Sequence record: OR670491
Strand: one strand, 5' to 3'
DNA from: Escherichia phage vB_EcoM_JNE01
DNA: 64,000 nt
The notes under the pieces were generated by a model. It had not been told where the DNA came from. It made no database searches and saw nothing but the letters and a program-made list of their open reading frames with translations. Below, one piece after another: positions 53,887-63,638 of the stretch (positions are counted from its first letter, which is position 1; every line of letters starts with the position of its first letter). Position numbers and translations under genes: made by a program.

Positions 53887-54366
53887 GTGTCATTTGAAAG
53901 TGCCTTTATGGAAGCCCAACGAATCCATGAGTACATGATTCGTATTATTAATGATGATAATCCAAATATAACAAAGTACTGTGATGCATCATGGACTGAG
54001 TACTACCTATGTACACCAGCACAAAAAAATTACATGTTGGATTCAAATACTCGTATTCTACATTTATGCCCTGGTAGTAATCACTTCTACTGTTGTCGTA
54101 CAGCAGAGCACAGTACTATGGAGTTCAGTAGGAGTAGTCCTATTATTTTTTATAACTGGAATGTAGAGGGTTCTAACTATACTGACTGTACACACCAGAT
54201 AGATGCAGAAGTACTGGATGAGCCGTGGGATTCTTCTGATTATTATTTTCAGATGAGCACTGTGTACGAAGAAGATGTACTTGACACTTTAGTACTGATG
54301 TGGTACTTTAAGCACAGAACAGATTATCCAGATTTCTATCTGGAGTACTTCCACGACATAGGCTAA
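53887..54366 (+). CDS. FQ-S family protein, type B (starts MSFESAFM)
   Basis: GTG start; motif YYFQMSTVYE. Confidence 0.55.
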   Translation: MSFESAFMEAQRIHEYMIRIINDDNPNITKYCDASWTEYYLCTPAQKNYMLDSNTRILHLCPGSNHFYCCRTAEHSTMEFSRSSPIIFYNWNVEGSNYTDCTHQIDAEVLDEPWDSSDYYFQMSTVYEEDVLDTLVLMWYFKHRTDYPDFYLEYFHDIG

Positions 54367-54375
54367 GAGGATTAT

Positions 54376-54924
54376 ATGGATTACACATTTAATGGTTTAG
54401 AGTACAGGCACTGTATTGCAATGGCTAAAGTACTGGAGTACGTTGTTACCAGATTGCAATGCAATGAATTTCTTAAGCGAAATATCTTATATCTAAATTC
54501 CGATGGTTACTTGTGCCATATTAATGATTTTGTTGACTTTGGTTGGGGCGTTCGTATTGACAAAGATACCATATCAAGAGCCGGATGCAGGGGTGCAGTT
54601 CTTACGCACTGTATTTGTTTTTCTCCTGATAGTAGATCTGTTATTATCAATCACGACAGTCAAAAATATTTTCTGGGTCTGGACAATGGAGATTTGGAAG
54701 CGTGGTTCTTCCAGAACATTTTAGTACTTGAACCTATGAAAGTACTATATATGGTAGTGTTTAATTATTTGTACAACATTAAATGCATAGATTCATTTGA
54801 TATAGAAATGAGTCTTATGCGTATTATCAATCAAATACCTGAACTCCAGCGTATTACAGAAGAACCGTACTTCAACGATTTCACAGAATTATATCGTATG
54901 CACAGCTTTGAAGGAGATGAATAA
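54376..54924 (+). CDS. FQ-S family protein (divergent)
   Basis: SD AGAGGA; motif AWFFQNILVL. Confidence 0.55.
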   Translation: MDYTFNGLEYRHCIAMAKVLEYVVTRLQCNEFLKRNILYLNSDGYLCHINDFVDFGWGVRIDKDTISRAGCRGAVLTHCICFSPDSRSVIINHDSQKYFLGLDNGDLEAWFFQNILVLEPMKVLYMVVFNYLYNIKCIDSFDIEMSLMRIINQIPELQRITEEPYFNDFTELYRMHSFEGDE

Positions 54925-55406
54925 TGTCATTTAAAGGAGCACTTGAAAAAGCTAATACTATTTTCGAGTACTATAAACTATTTCGTAATGGTGACTTGGA
55001 TGATCTTTTTCAATGCAGCGATTTTTCTAATTCATACTTTCATACCAATAGTGATGGTAAGACATGGATAGTATACAGTACTAGTGGATCACGTGAAACT
55101 ATTGAGTACTGCTGCAATCCAGACAGGGATTATATCTCGTACTGTCATAATTCTGAATATATTAATCTTGAGTTATGGACACATGATGACAGTACTTACA
55201 TGAAGACAACTGTTGATGGTGATGAGTTAAATGCCATGTACCAAGATTGGTTATCAGAAGATTATTACTTCCAGCAAAGTACTTTGCACAAGGAAATGTA
55301 TCTTGATGCTATGGTAGTTCTTTCTTATCTTCGTTCTAAGAATTTAAGTCCTTTTTATTTGAATTTAGGTTATCTTGAAGAAATCAAGAAGTCAATGCAA
55401 GGGTAA
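54924..55406 (+). CDS. FQ-S family protein, type B (starts MSFKGALE)
   Basis: TAATG overlap; motif YYFQQSTLHK. Confidence 0.6.
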   Translation: MSFKGALEKANTIFEYYKLFRNGDLDDLFQCSDFSNSYFHTNSDGKTWIVYSTSGSRETIEYCCNPDRDYISYCHNSEYINLELWTHDDSTYMKTTVDGDELNAMYQDWLSEDYYFQQSTLHKEMYLDAMVVLSYLRSKNLSPFYLNLGYLEEIKKSMQG

Positions 55407-55409
55407 TCA

Positions 55410-55757
55410 ATGAAAACTGAAATAGATGTAACTAACTTTTCGTACCACGGTACACTGTATTGTATTTTTAAACTCAAGAACAAAGATGTATCAATTCGTG
55501 CTCTTTATAATATTTGTACTACCGAAACTGAATACGATTTGTACATAGTTAAAGATGAACGTGGTGAGCGTGGTAGGATTCCTAATTACGCTGAATGTTC
55601 ATACAGGGATGAATATGAAGCTTTTATGTTCCAGGAATCATTAGTATGGGAGAAGGATGTTGATTTCTTCTTAGTAAAAGAAATCCAAGAGTACTTCCAA
55701 CGTAATCACGAAAAGTTTATAAATGATGATTCCAAATTTACTTTAACACTAGGATAA
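55410..55757 (+). CDS. FQ-S family protein, type A
   Basis: motif FMFQESLVWE. Confidence 0.6.
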   Translation: MKTEIDVTNFSYHGTLYCIFKLKNKDVSIRALYNICTTETEYDLYIVKDERGERGRIPNYAECSYRDEYEAFMFQESLVWEKDVDFFLVKEIQEYFQRNHEKFINDDSKFTLTLG

Positions 55758-55760
55758 TTT

Positions 55761-56153
55761 ATGACATTCGAAGATTCACAAAGAATTGTAAGTAAATGTA
55801 TGGAATTAATAAAAGAATTAAAAGAAGTAACAGAATATGATCTATCATTTGCTGAACAAAATGAATTCAAGATTGATGGTTCTTTTTACTACAATCCCCT
55901 TTGGGATAAAAAAATCACATTCTTCTCAAAAGAGGGTTATAAAACAGATTATCCCCTAGAGCCAGAGCACGATCCTAGTACTGAAGAAGGTTTCTTTCAG
56001 TTGAGTTTACTTTACAATGATGATATAGTTCTAATGTACGCGATGTTCGATGCGTTCAAAAAGAGCGATTACGAAGAAATTTTCTTCCCTAATTATCGTT
56101 ACCGTGTTGAACTAACTGGGATGGTGAAATGCAAAGTCAAAGTGGAGGAATAG
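55761..56153 (+). CDS. FQ-S family protein, type B-like
   Basis: motif GFFQLSLLYN. Confidence 0.6.
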   Translation: MTFEDSQRIVSKCMELIKELKEVTEYDLSFAEQNEFKIDGSFYYNPLWDKKITFFSKEGYKTDYPLEPEHDPSTEEGFFQLSLLYNDDIVLMYAMFDAFKKSDYEEIFFPNYRYRVELTGMVKCKVKVEE

Positions 56154-56154
56154 T

Positions 56155-56466
56155 GTGACACACGATGAATATAAAAGAGTCATTACTGTGCAGAGTTCAC
56201 TCCTTGATATAACTAAGGAGGATGCTGCATATGCACTTGTTTGTAAGAATATTCTTTCTGATTACCAAGATTTCTTTACGAAGAAATACACTGCTCGTTC
56301 TGTTTTGTTCACGGTGTACTTGGTAGGGGAAGAACAAATCCAAGAAATGAAAATAAACGAGTACTGTATAAATTTACACGCGATATTCTTCAGAGTAGGT
56401 AAAAACGGTTCTAACTCATACGCTGCCAGATGTTTCAGTACTGGATACGTTGAATTACTCCCATAG
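56155..56466 (+). CDS. hypothetical protein
   Basis: GTG start; 3' end contains promoter 56469-56496. Confidence 0.45.
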   Translation: MTHDEYKRVITVQSSLLDITKEDAAYALVCKNILSDYQDFFTKKYTARSVLFTVYLVGEEQIQEMKINEYCINLHAIFFRVGKNGSNSYAARCFSTGYVELLP

Positions 56467-56468
56467 GA

Positions 56469-56496
56469 TTGACACTTGGGAGTTTTGTGCTATAAT
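56469..56496 (+). promoter_or_regulatory. sigma70-like promoter (TTGACA-16-TATAAT)
   Basis: TTGACA 56469-56474, TATAAT 56491-56496, SD AGAGG, ATG 56513. Confidence 0.5.
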
Positions 56497-56512
56497 ATTT
56501 TTAGAGGTACTT

Positions 56513-56824
56513 ATGACAACATATACAGTTGAGGTTAGCAGTTACGGGACGTACACGTACAGGGCAGGTGTAGTAGGTAAATTAGATCAGATCCTTGCAT
56601 ACGATGCATTTGAAGATTTCTGGTACATTCCATATCCTAATGAACGCAAATACGCTGATATCAGTGAAATCTTTAAGATGAATGAAGAAGAGTTGTTTCA
56701 ATTCTCATTAGTATGGGAACATAAAATCCCAATGGAAGTCGTTCTTGCACTGAATCCTATCATCATGAATTTAGTACTGAATTGTGAAACGCCCCGCAAC
56801 ATGAAGATTACATTTGAGGTGTAA
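56513..56824 (+). CDS. FQ-S family protein, type A
   Basis: start moved to MTTYTVEV; motif ELFQFSLVWE. Confidence 0.55.
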   Translation: MTTYTVEVSSYGTYTYRAGVVGKLDQILAYDAFEDFWYIPYPNERKYADISEIFKMNEEELFQFSLVWEHKIPMEVVLALNPIIMNLVLNCETPRNMKITFEV

Positions 56825-57295
56825 ATGATTAATTTAGAGAATAGCAGGACTTTAGCGAATAAGGTTATTACAATTGTTCAGTACTACCATACAAACAGGC
56901 ATCTTCTTACTGAGAATGTTCTGGTAGTTAGTAGGAGTGAAGATTTCGATGTAGATGCCTTAAAGGTATGTGAATGTATTTCTGAAGATAATTTAACAGA
57001 ATACAGTGCTCGTTATCAGTACATGTGCTACAATAAGATGAGACGCTTGCACATTTCGAGTGACATGTACCCAACTAAAGATGAATTCGAAGAATTTGAT
57101 ATCACCAAAGATGAGTGCATGTATGCCTGTACTGAAGAAGGTTTCTTTCAATTAGAGACAATGTATTACCCTGAAGTTGTTGAAATTATTGCAGCTTTTG
57201 GTTTCATTTATAATAGCGATATTAACGTTGACTTCTATCTGGACTTAGATTATCTGGATTATCTTTATGCTGAGGCTACTAAAAATGAACATTAA
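56825..57295 (+). CDS. FQ-S family protein, type B
   Basis: TAA-ATG abutting; motif GFFQLETMYY. Confidence 0.6.
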   Translation: MINLENSRTLANKVITIVQYYHTNRHLLTENVLVVSRSEDFDVDALKVCECISEDNLTEYSARYQYMCYNKMRRLHISSDMYPTKDEFEEFDITKDECMYACTEEGFFQLETMYYPEVVEIIAAFGFIYNSDINVDFYLDLDYLDYLYAEATKNEH

Positions 57296-57821
57296 TATTA
57301 ACAATCCAGAATCACTTGAGTACTTTTATTCTTTTATTACTAAAGCAGTTCCTTTGATCAAACAATCATTTCTCGAAGGTACTGAAGATAAACTTCTGAA
57401 TTCTAAGTACACTATTGATGGCACAGTCCAAGAAAAATCTTCAGCGTTTCAGTCATGTGAAGTGCGTAATGTATTTTGTAAAAGCGAAGTGCCTGTTATC
57501 ATTGGGACAAGTGTGTCTAATTCTTTTATGACAGTAGATGATGATGGTAAAATTCTACGTTTCGAGTACACAAGAAAAAGTAATGTCTTTGAGTTATTCA
57601 CTAATACAAAATACAAGTTCAGTTCTTCGTGTAACGCATTTCTTATTCCTGAATATAATTACACAGAATTTGAAGAACAATGTTTCCAGTTGCGTTGTAC
57701 CGATGAGAACTGTGAACTAATGATTTTCTTAATGAAACTAAGAATGGTTATGAATAATACATTTGCAATGTACTTACCGTTCTTAAAAGTAAATGAAGTA
57801 TTCAATGAAGGTGTACTGTGA
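57285..57821 (+). CDS. FQ-S family protein (divergent)
   Basis: start moved to MNININNPESLEY; motif QCFQLRCTDE. Confidence 0.5.
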   Translation: MNININNPESLEYFYSFITKAVPLIKQSFLEGTEDKLLNSKYTIDGTVQEKSSAFQSCEVRNVFCKSEVPVIIGTSVSNSFMTVDDDGKILRFEYTRKSNVFELFTNTKYKFSSSCNAFLIPEYNYTEFEEQCFQLRCTDENCELMIFLMKLRMVMNNTFAMYLPFLKVNEVFNEGVL

Positions 57822-58027
57822 GTAAAATAAAGTACATCAATGATGATTACATTATGAAGAACGCTATTAAGTACTTCAGTAATTCTGCCAATCAGGGTGA
57901 CAATCTTAAGATGGTGGAGATTCGTGTACTCATATACTTAGGAACACAACACCAGGAAAAATTGATTGCAGAATATCTTGATTCACTAAAACGACATGTA
58001 GAGAAAATTTATTATGGAATACAATGA
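57818..58027 (+). CDS. LGT-family small protein
   Basis: GTGA overlap; motif LGTQHQEKL. Confidence 0.5.
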   Translation: MSKIKYINDDYIMKNAIKYFSNSANQGDNLKMVEIRVLIYLGTQHQEKLIAEYLDSLKRHVEKIYYGIQ

Positions 58028-58514
58028 AGTTTTGAAGTTATACGAAGATATTTGTACTGCAATTAAAGTTGTGGAACTTGATACAAAGAATCCAAATCCC
58101 AAGTTACATACACAGATAGTTAGTCCAGTAGCTTCCTTCCGTAAGATATTAATAAAATCAGACTACGAGATGGAACACTTAATGTTTGTACATGATGAGA
58201 AGTTGACTAATATTGTACCGAACTCTCATTTCGAACAAGCAATGCATACGTTCATGTCATTCCACAAGGACAGTACTAAAATCATGTTACACAGTGATAT
58301 ATACACTGAGTATGATATTGTTCCTGTGGAGTTGAATGCTGACAGTTATTTTCAGTACAGTTTTGTGTACGACGAGACGCTACTGATGATGCAGTTTCTT
58401 TCTAATCTATACATGCAGAACGATGACCTTCCGAACTTCATTAAGATTAATATTTCATATCTCAAGATGCCACAGTACTTAAAGATTAAGGAATACTACA
58501 GTGATTTACTCTGA
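58014..58514 (+). CDS. FQ-S family protein
   Basis: motif SYFQYSFVYD. Confidence 0.55.
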   Translation: MEYNEVLKLYEDICTAIKVVELDTKNPNPKLHTQIVSPVASFRKILIKSDYEMEHLMFVHDEKLTNIVPNSHFEQAMHTFMSFHKDSTKIMLHSDIYTEYDIVPVELNADSYFQYSFVYDETLLMMQFLSNLYMQNDDLPNFIKINISYLKMPQYLKIKEYYSDLL

Positions 58515-59043
58515 ATACAATTCGTTAATTGAAACTATTGAAAAGTCCAGACGTGCTCATACGTTAATGGTTAAGTACGATATTAATAAGTATAAGAAAT
58601 TTAGTATTCAAGAACTTGAACTCGGTGAAAATACAAGGAAATTTCTTTCTTATAGTGGTAGAATGTTTATCTCTCTTAATTTCTTTGAGAATCCAGATTT
58701 GGAATTGATGCGTTCTATGGTTACATCAATGGACGATAAAATACAAAGTATCTATTTCCGTAATGGCAAGAAGATGGAAATCCATGTGTACTATCAGTGT
58801 GATGACCGTTTATCATATGATATTACAAACTATCCACAATTCAGTACTTCAGACGATGCAGCTTTATTCCAGTACAGTACTCTGTACAGTAATTTTGATT
58901 TCATGTGCTTGTACATAATCAATGCCCTACGAGAACTGGACTATAACAATTACAACATCAACTGCTCTGTAATGCAGGACGATGGTTTCGATGAAGGTAT
59001 TGATGAGTTACTTACATATCTAAATGAGTACATTAATGAATAA
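58501..59043 (+). CDS. FQ-S family protein
   Basis: GTG start; motif ALFQYSTLYS. Confidence 0.5.
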   Translation: MIYSEYNSLIETIEKSRRAHTLMVKYDINKYKKFSIQELELGENTRKFLSYSGRMFISLNFFENPDLELMRSMVTSMDDKIQSIYFRNGKKMEIHVYYQCDDRLSYDITNYPQFSTSDDAALFQYSTLYSNFDFMCLYIINALRELDYNNYNINCSVMQDDGFDEGIDELLTYLNEYINE

Positions 59044-59096
59044 AATAGAAATAAAATCTTTTTGTAATAGTTTTATAAAAGATCTGGAGTACTAAT

Positions 59097-59465
59097 ATGA
59101 AACAGGTATTTCGTTATACGTATTACACTACAAAAAAGCAATTGGTTTCTTTATTTGGTTTCAAGACTTTGAAGACAAATGCATATCAAAGGGTATTCAT
59201 TGGCATTGATGATAATGGTTTCTTTCAATTACTGTCCAATGAAAGTGATAAGTCCTATACTATCCCTGACACTACTGTACTGGGAGAAGGTGAATTATTC
59301 CAGTTGAGTACTGTATGGGATGATTCAGAATATGCATGTAATTTTGAGAATTTTGTTCAGTACCAGAAAATATTACGAACTGATTTTGAGAACTACCCAG
59401 TGAAAGTATTAAGTACTGGAAACGAACAATACAGACAAAAAGTGGTTGAACTTGATGCGTATTGA
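59097..59465 (+). CDS. FQ-S family protein, type A
   Basis: SD GGAG; motif ELFQLSTVWD. Confidence 0.6.
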   Translation: MKQVFRYTYYTTKKQLVSLFGFKTLKTNAYQRVFIGIDDNGFFQLLSNESDKSYTIPDTTVLGEGELFQLSTVWDDSEYACNFENFVQYQKILRTDFENYPVKVLSTGNEQYRQKVVELDAY

Positions 59466-59988
59466 AACAATAAGAACACACAGTGCAGAAACATTCTTTG
59501 ATATTTGGCTTGTCCAGGAGCTAATGACTATTGGTTCTATTCCTACGAAATTATTAAATTACACACATAACAATAGTAATTCTGTACCACACCAATCAAT
59601 TACCGATAGTAGTGGTGTGGTGTACATGCGTAGTAGTACTAATATTAATAATATAAAAAGTGCATACAATAATTCATGTGGCTTCTTTACTTATAAATCC
59701 GATACTCACCCATCATTCAGTACTATATTACAGGGGAATGTAATTTATCTTGACATGTTGAAACCACAAGAGTATACTGACGATGTAATTAATGAAATTA
59801 GTACTGCAACAGATCCGAATCTGGTAATTGCTTCTATGGTATTCTCTTACATGAGATACAGTGCTATGCCGTGTACGTGGGCTTCAGCACCTGATCTCAG
59901 GAGATATTTAAATTCACTCCTAGGCACAAACTTCAGAGAACATTTAAATGCACGACGATTTATACAAAATAAACTACAGATTGAGTAG
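59455..59988 (+). CDS. hypothetical protein with C-terminal LGT-like motif
   Basis: start moved to MRIETIRT; C-terminal LGTNFREH. Confidence 0.5.
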   Translation: MRIETIRTHSAETFFDIWLVQELMTIGSIPTKLLNYTHNNSNSVPHQSITDSSGVVYMRSSTNINNIKSAYNNSCGFFTYKSDTHPSFSTILQGNVIYLDMLKPQEYTDDVINEISTATDPNLVIASMVFSYMRYSAMPCTWASAPDLRRYLNSLLGTNFREHLNARRFIQNKLQIE

Positions 59989-60301
59989 AAAAGAACTTAT
60001 ACTCAGGATTGGTTATGATGCACGTAAAAAATGTCACAATAATATCATGTACAACAGTACTGAACGTTTTCTTTTTTGTGTTGGATTTACAAGGTACTTC
60101 ATTGATGACTTTACGGAGTTAGGTGAAGGGGAACTATTCCAGAACATGTGTGTTCTTCCTGATTACATTAATGTAGATATATATGACTTAGTAAAGTATC
60201 AGAAAGCATTAAAGTACTTATACAATAACTATCCATGTACACCAGATCCTAAAACTATAGGTTATGAGGTTTATCACTTACCAGGAAATCTAATATGTTA
60301 G
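59948..60301 (+). CDS. FQ-S family protein, type A
   Basis: motif ELFQNMCVLP; start uncertain (41-nt overlap). Confidence 0.45.
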   Translation: MHDDLYKINYRLSRKELILRIGYDARKKCHNNIMYNSTERFLFCVGFTRYFIDDFTELGEGELFQNMCVLPDYINVDIYDLVKYQKALKYLYNNYPCTPDPKTIGYEVYHLPGNLIC

Positions 60302-60879
60302 ATAAAGATAAAAAACTACTGTCCCCAAGAAATAATCATTTAAAATTAGATACATTAGAAGAAGCTATCCAATGCGGTAAACAGTTAGTTGAACTAATCA
60401 ATGCAATTGAAAATGATGAAATACCACAGATTCAACGCTGTGAAGAAGAATTTGAGGGTGATGGCGATCCTTACTATTACAATTTTAGAAAGGAAGATGC
60501 TAGAACATCTGAATACGAAAGTGCACTATATACAGTACAAGGTGATTACGACACAAGTGAATACGATCCATGTTTTCAGGGTGGATTCCTCAGTACTAGT
60601 TTAAAATCAGATATAATTGTAGTTGACTGGTATGTACACAGAGATGGTAGTTTAGAGGATAATAATGAACTTCGTCTCGATGCATCAGGTATTGAATTTA
60701 CTGAAGAGTCATTCTTCATGCACAGTACATTGTACTCTCAGTACTGCACTGGTGTTATGGTACTGGCGAAGTACTTAAACCAAGAACTCAAAAAACCTAT
60801 CTATCTGGACTTAGATATGCTAGAACAAGCATACAAGTACCACCTTCAAGCCAAATCAAAAAAGGCATCTAAAAAATAG
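60295..60879 (+). CDS. FQ-S family protein (divergent)
   Basis: motif SFFMHSTLYS. Confidence 0.55.
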   Translation: MLDKDKKLLSPRNNHLKLDTLEEAIQCGKQLVELINAIENDEIPQIQRCEEEFEGDGDPYYYNFRKEDARTSEYESALYTVQGDYDTSEYDPCFQGGFLSTSLKSDIIVVDWYVHRDGSLEDNNELRLDASGIEFTEESFFMHSTLYSQYCTGVMVLAKYLNQELKKPIYLDLDMLEQAYKYHLQAKSKKASKK

Positions 60880-60909
60880 TTGACCTTCCTCCTTCTCTTG
60901 TGATATAAT
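60880..60909 (+). promoter_or_regulatory. sigma70-like promoter (TTGACC-18-TATAAT)
   Basis: TTGACC 60880-60885, TATAAT 60904-60909, SD GGAG, ATG 60944. Confidence 0.5.
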
Positions 60910-60943
60910 TCTTTTAATATCTTTTTAATGGAGTTATATCACA

Positions 60944-61417
60944 ATGAGCACTCATTTTCTTTGCACTTATCAATCAGCATTTGCTTTAGCTCAAAAAATC
61001 GAATTCCTTTACCATACATTCATTTCCTTCGAGGATGATGAACACATCCAAGTAGGTTCAGAAAGACTTGATTTCAAGGAAAGTCATAACCAAATTATAT
61101 ATAAAAAATGTTTGTTATTCAGTGTAAATGAAAATTCAGTGAATATCAGGACAAATATAGACCCTTATGTTTGTTATTCCCCAACAATAAAGAGATATAA
61201 ATTATCTACTGCAAGGGGTTATTCAAATGATTATGAAGCTGTTGACATTTTCAGTGAAGAAGATTACTTCATGAATTTGTGTTTGTTCCCTGAACTGGAC
61301 GTATATAATCTTACTATCATTTCATACTTCAAGTTAAAGGGCATGGGTTCATTCTATATGGATCTGGATTGCGTTAATGAATTGTATGAGCATTTTTCTG
61401 GAGTACATAATGTATAA
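60944..61417 (+). CDS. FQ-S family protein (divergent)
   Basis: motif DYFMNLCLFP. Confidence 0.55.
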   Translation: MSTHFLCTYQSAFALAQKIEFLYHTFISFEDDEHIQVGSERLDFKESHNQIIYKKCLLFSVNENSVNIRTNIDPYVCYSPTIKRYKLSTARGYSNDYEAVDIFSEEDYFMNLCLFPELDVYNLTIISYFKLKGMGSFYMDLDCVNELYEHFSGVHNV

Positions 61418-61898
61418 GAATGTAATGATGACCGACTACGATTCAGTACTGAAATTTGCAGAAATCGTAACCAAAATACACTTTGAAGCTTACACTGATA
61501 ATCCATTCGGTGGTTTATTTTATAAGAAATTCGACTCATACGAACGACCAATCCTCGCTGATCTAAATTATGTAAATGATGAGAATGCAATGGAACGATA
61601 TTGTGAGTACTTCAAAGATAGTGATTTCAGTTTAAAAAGTGCATATATGTCATACGCACCTGGAACTGATATATCCATTAATGATGGCTATGATAAAGTC
61701 CTATACAAATCTGAAGATTTACCAAAGGATTATAGTGAGGATTCATATTTTCAGTACTTATGTATACATGATATCAATACTGTGAATGTATTATTCTTCT
61801 ATACTATTCTTCGTAAGAAATATCAGTTGACTAAATGTTTCTTTTTGGATTTTGAATTAATGTCCGATGCAGTACTGGAGTATCTCAATGCCGATTGA
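61410..61898 (+). CDS. FQ-S family protein
   Basis: start moved to MYKNVMMTDY; motif SYFQYLCIHD. Confidence 0.5.
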   Translation: MYKNVMMTDYDSVLKFAEIVTKIHFEAYTDNPFGGLFYKKFDSYERPILADLNYVNDENAMERYCEYFKDSDFSLKSAYMSYAPGTDISINDGYDKVLYKSEDLPKDYSEDSYFQYLCIHDINTVNVLFFYTILRKKYQLTKCFFLDFELMSDAVLEYLNAD

Positions 61899-62229
61899 AA
61901 TCGAGTTCATGGTTGATTCGGATTATGATTGTTTTATTATCCAGACTAAGTACAAAGATGACTTGTACTTAGTTTATATTCACGATAATTCACAGTTCTA
62001 TATGCATAGAAAAGTATCCAAAACATACACACAAGAAAAGAAAATCAAAAACTATACCAAACTAAGTACAGAAGAACTATTCCAAATGAGTTGTTCTGAC
62101 GACTATGATGTGCATTTGATAAAAGAATTACAATTACCGCTTCTTAAATTCCAAAAAGAATGTAATCCTGTATTTGCAAAGCACTTTGGTATCCCGTGGG
62201 ATTATACAACATTTATGTACGAAGGATAA
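61888..62229 (+). CDS. FQ-S family protein, type A
   Basis: start moved to MPIEIEF with SD GGAG; motif ELFQMSCSDD. Confidence 0.5.
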   Translation: MPIEIEFMVDSDYDCFIIQTKYKDDLYLVYIHDNSQFYMHRKVSKTYTQEKKIKNYTKLSTEELFQMSCSDDYDVHLIKELQLPLLKFQKECNPVFAKHFGIPWDYTTFMYEG

Positions 62230-62232
62230 GAT

Positions 62233-62628
62233 ATGAAAACAATGCATGTAATTTTACGTGTTGAAACTGCTTTACGTGTTGATACTTCTCTTAAATATGC
62301 CAATAATTCATATGATTCAGTAGTATATGAACGTTGGGTTAAGCTTGACAAGACGAACACTTTACGCTATATTTCTAATACAAATAAATTCGATGTGAAC
62401 TCCGAGAACGTTCCTAGGCTCGCTCACATGAGTTCTGAAGAGGTATTTCAGTACTCCTTAGTGCACAAGCATAGTGCTGATTTGAAGGTTCTGAAGGCCG
62501 TTCAGGAGGCTCTATTGGAGAATAACAGGACTCGTTACGTTACAATTGAGGTGGATGCACCGGATTATATGTTAGATGATGACGAATTCTATGAGAAACA
62601 TTTCCCTAAGAAACAATGGAGGGATTAA
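62233..62628 (+). CDS. FQ-S family protein
   Basis: motif EVFQYSLVHK. Confidence 0.6.
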   Translation: MKTMHVILRVETALRVDTSLKYANNSYDSVVYERWVKLDKTNTLRYISNTNKFDVNSENVPRLAHMSSEEVFQYSLVHKHSADLKVLKAVQEALLENNRTRYVTIEVDAPDYMLDDDEFYEKHFPKKQWRD

Positions 62629-63096
62629 ATGCGAAAGTACAATGATGCTATGCGTTTCGCACGTGATAGTCTAAATGCACTCACGTACCTTGTACTGAAC
62701 GAAGATAAACTACCAAAAGAGTTTGACGTTCGTTATCCAGCCCGTAACGTTATGGTTACATGGCACGGTGCTTATAGTGTTAGTGTTTCGTCGGCAGGAG
62801 ATCCATCACCTTATGTAGCTTCCATATTTGAAAAAGCCAGAACAAACTATGTGTACTTCGCTAAGAACACTAATACTGTTAATTTCATCGCTAAAGACCG
62901 TAACTTGTGCAAGATGCAAGTACTGACAGAATTAAGTCCAGAGAATTTCTTTCAACAGAGTCTTCTTTATCCAGAAGATGCAGTACTTGCATTGTTTATG
63001 ATTTCGTACTATAATTTGAACAGTACTATCGGTTCGTTCTCCTACGAGGTTGCTGACATGAAGCACTTCATTAAAACACTGAAGGGATTAAAATGA
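62629..63096 (+). CDS. FQ-S family protein
   Basis: TAA-ATG abutting; motif NFFQQSLLYP. Confidence 0.6.
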   Translation: MRKYNDAMRFARDSLNALTYLVLNEDKLPKEFDVRYPARNVMVTWHGAYSVSVSSAGDPSPYVASIFEKARTNYVYFAKNTNTVNFIAKDRNLCKMQVLTELSPENFFQQSLLYPEDAVLALFMISYYNLNSTIGSFSYEVADMKHFIKTLKGLK

Positions 63097-63638
63097 ATAT
63101 TGAAGGTATAGATAAAATTGTCCAAATGTACAAGTTCTTATTATATGCTCGTAAGAATATGGAAGCACATAAAATTTGGTTTGATGCACCTGATGATGAA
63201 TATATGTTGATTAGAAATATCGCTGCGGGTACTGATTTTTATGGAAAGGGTGATGGACTAATATTTACAATTCGCCCTGAAGTTCAGGGTGATCATAACC
63301 GACGAAACCCCAATAGTGCTTCACATTACAAGCACATACTACGCGATGATAATTTCTTCATTAGCTCAAGTGAAAGTGATTTATGTGATGATATTTTCAT
63401 TAGTTATTTGGATGAACCTGTTATAATCAAAATGCCAAGTACTGAAGAAGAGGAATTTCAGTTCTCATTAATTCATGATGACAAGACTATGTTTATATAT
63501 TATCTACAGAAAGCATTGAAAGGTATTATACCAAATGATGTATGGGTTGGTGGTTATTATGATAGAATCATAAACTACGATTTCAGTACTGTACTAAGTC
63601 TCATTAACACTGATAAGATGAAATATGGAAAATATTAA
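63093..63638 (+). CDS. FQ-S family protein
   Basis: ATGA overlap; motif EEFQFSLIHD. Confidence 0.6.
   Translation: MNIEGIDKIVQMYKFLLYARKNMEAHKIWFDAPDDEYMLIRNIAAGTDFYGKGDGLIFTIRPEVQGDHNRRNPNSASHYKHILRDDNFFISSSESDLCDDIFISYLDEPVIIKMPSTEEEEFQFSLIHDDKTMFIYYLQKALKGIIPNDVWVGGYYDRIINYDFSTVLSLINTDKMKYGKY

Noticed and set aside
53188-60604. Short alternative-frame ORFs inside the FQ-S array (53188-53373, 53981-54166, 54503-54724, 57538-57720, 60401-60604, 50706-51029, 51121-51327, 49998-50240)
   Set aside because: Each is embedded in a longer family-supported ORF in another frame; low-complexity Ile/Leu/Val-rich translations typical of AT-rich off-frame reading.
47253-63638. E-x-x-[YF]-F-Q-x-S motif as a TEV-like protease cleavage site
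   Set aside because: The residue after Q is variable and bulky (Y/Q/L/M) and the motif is followed by a conserved hydrophobic pattern, which is more consistent with a structural core element than a cleavage site; kept only as a family signature.
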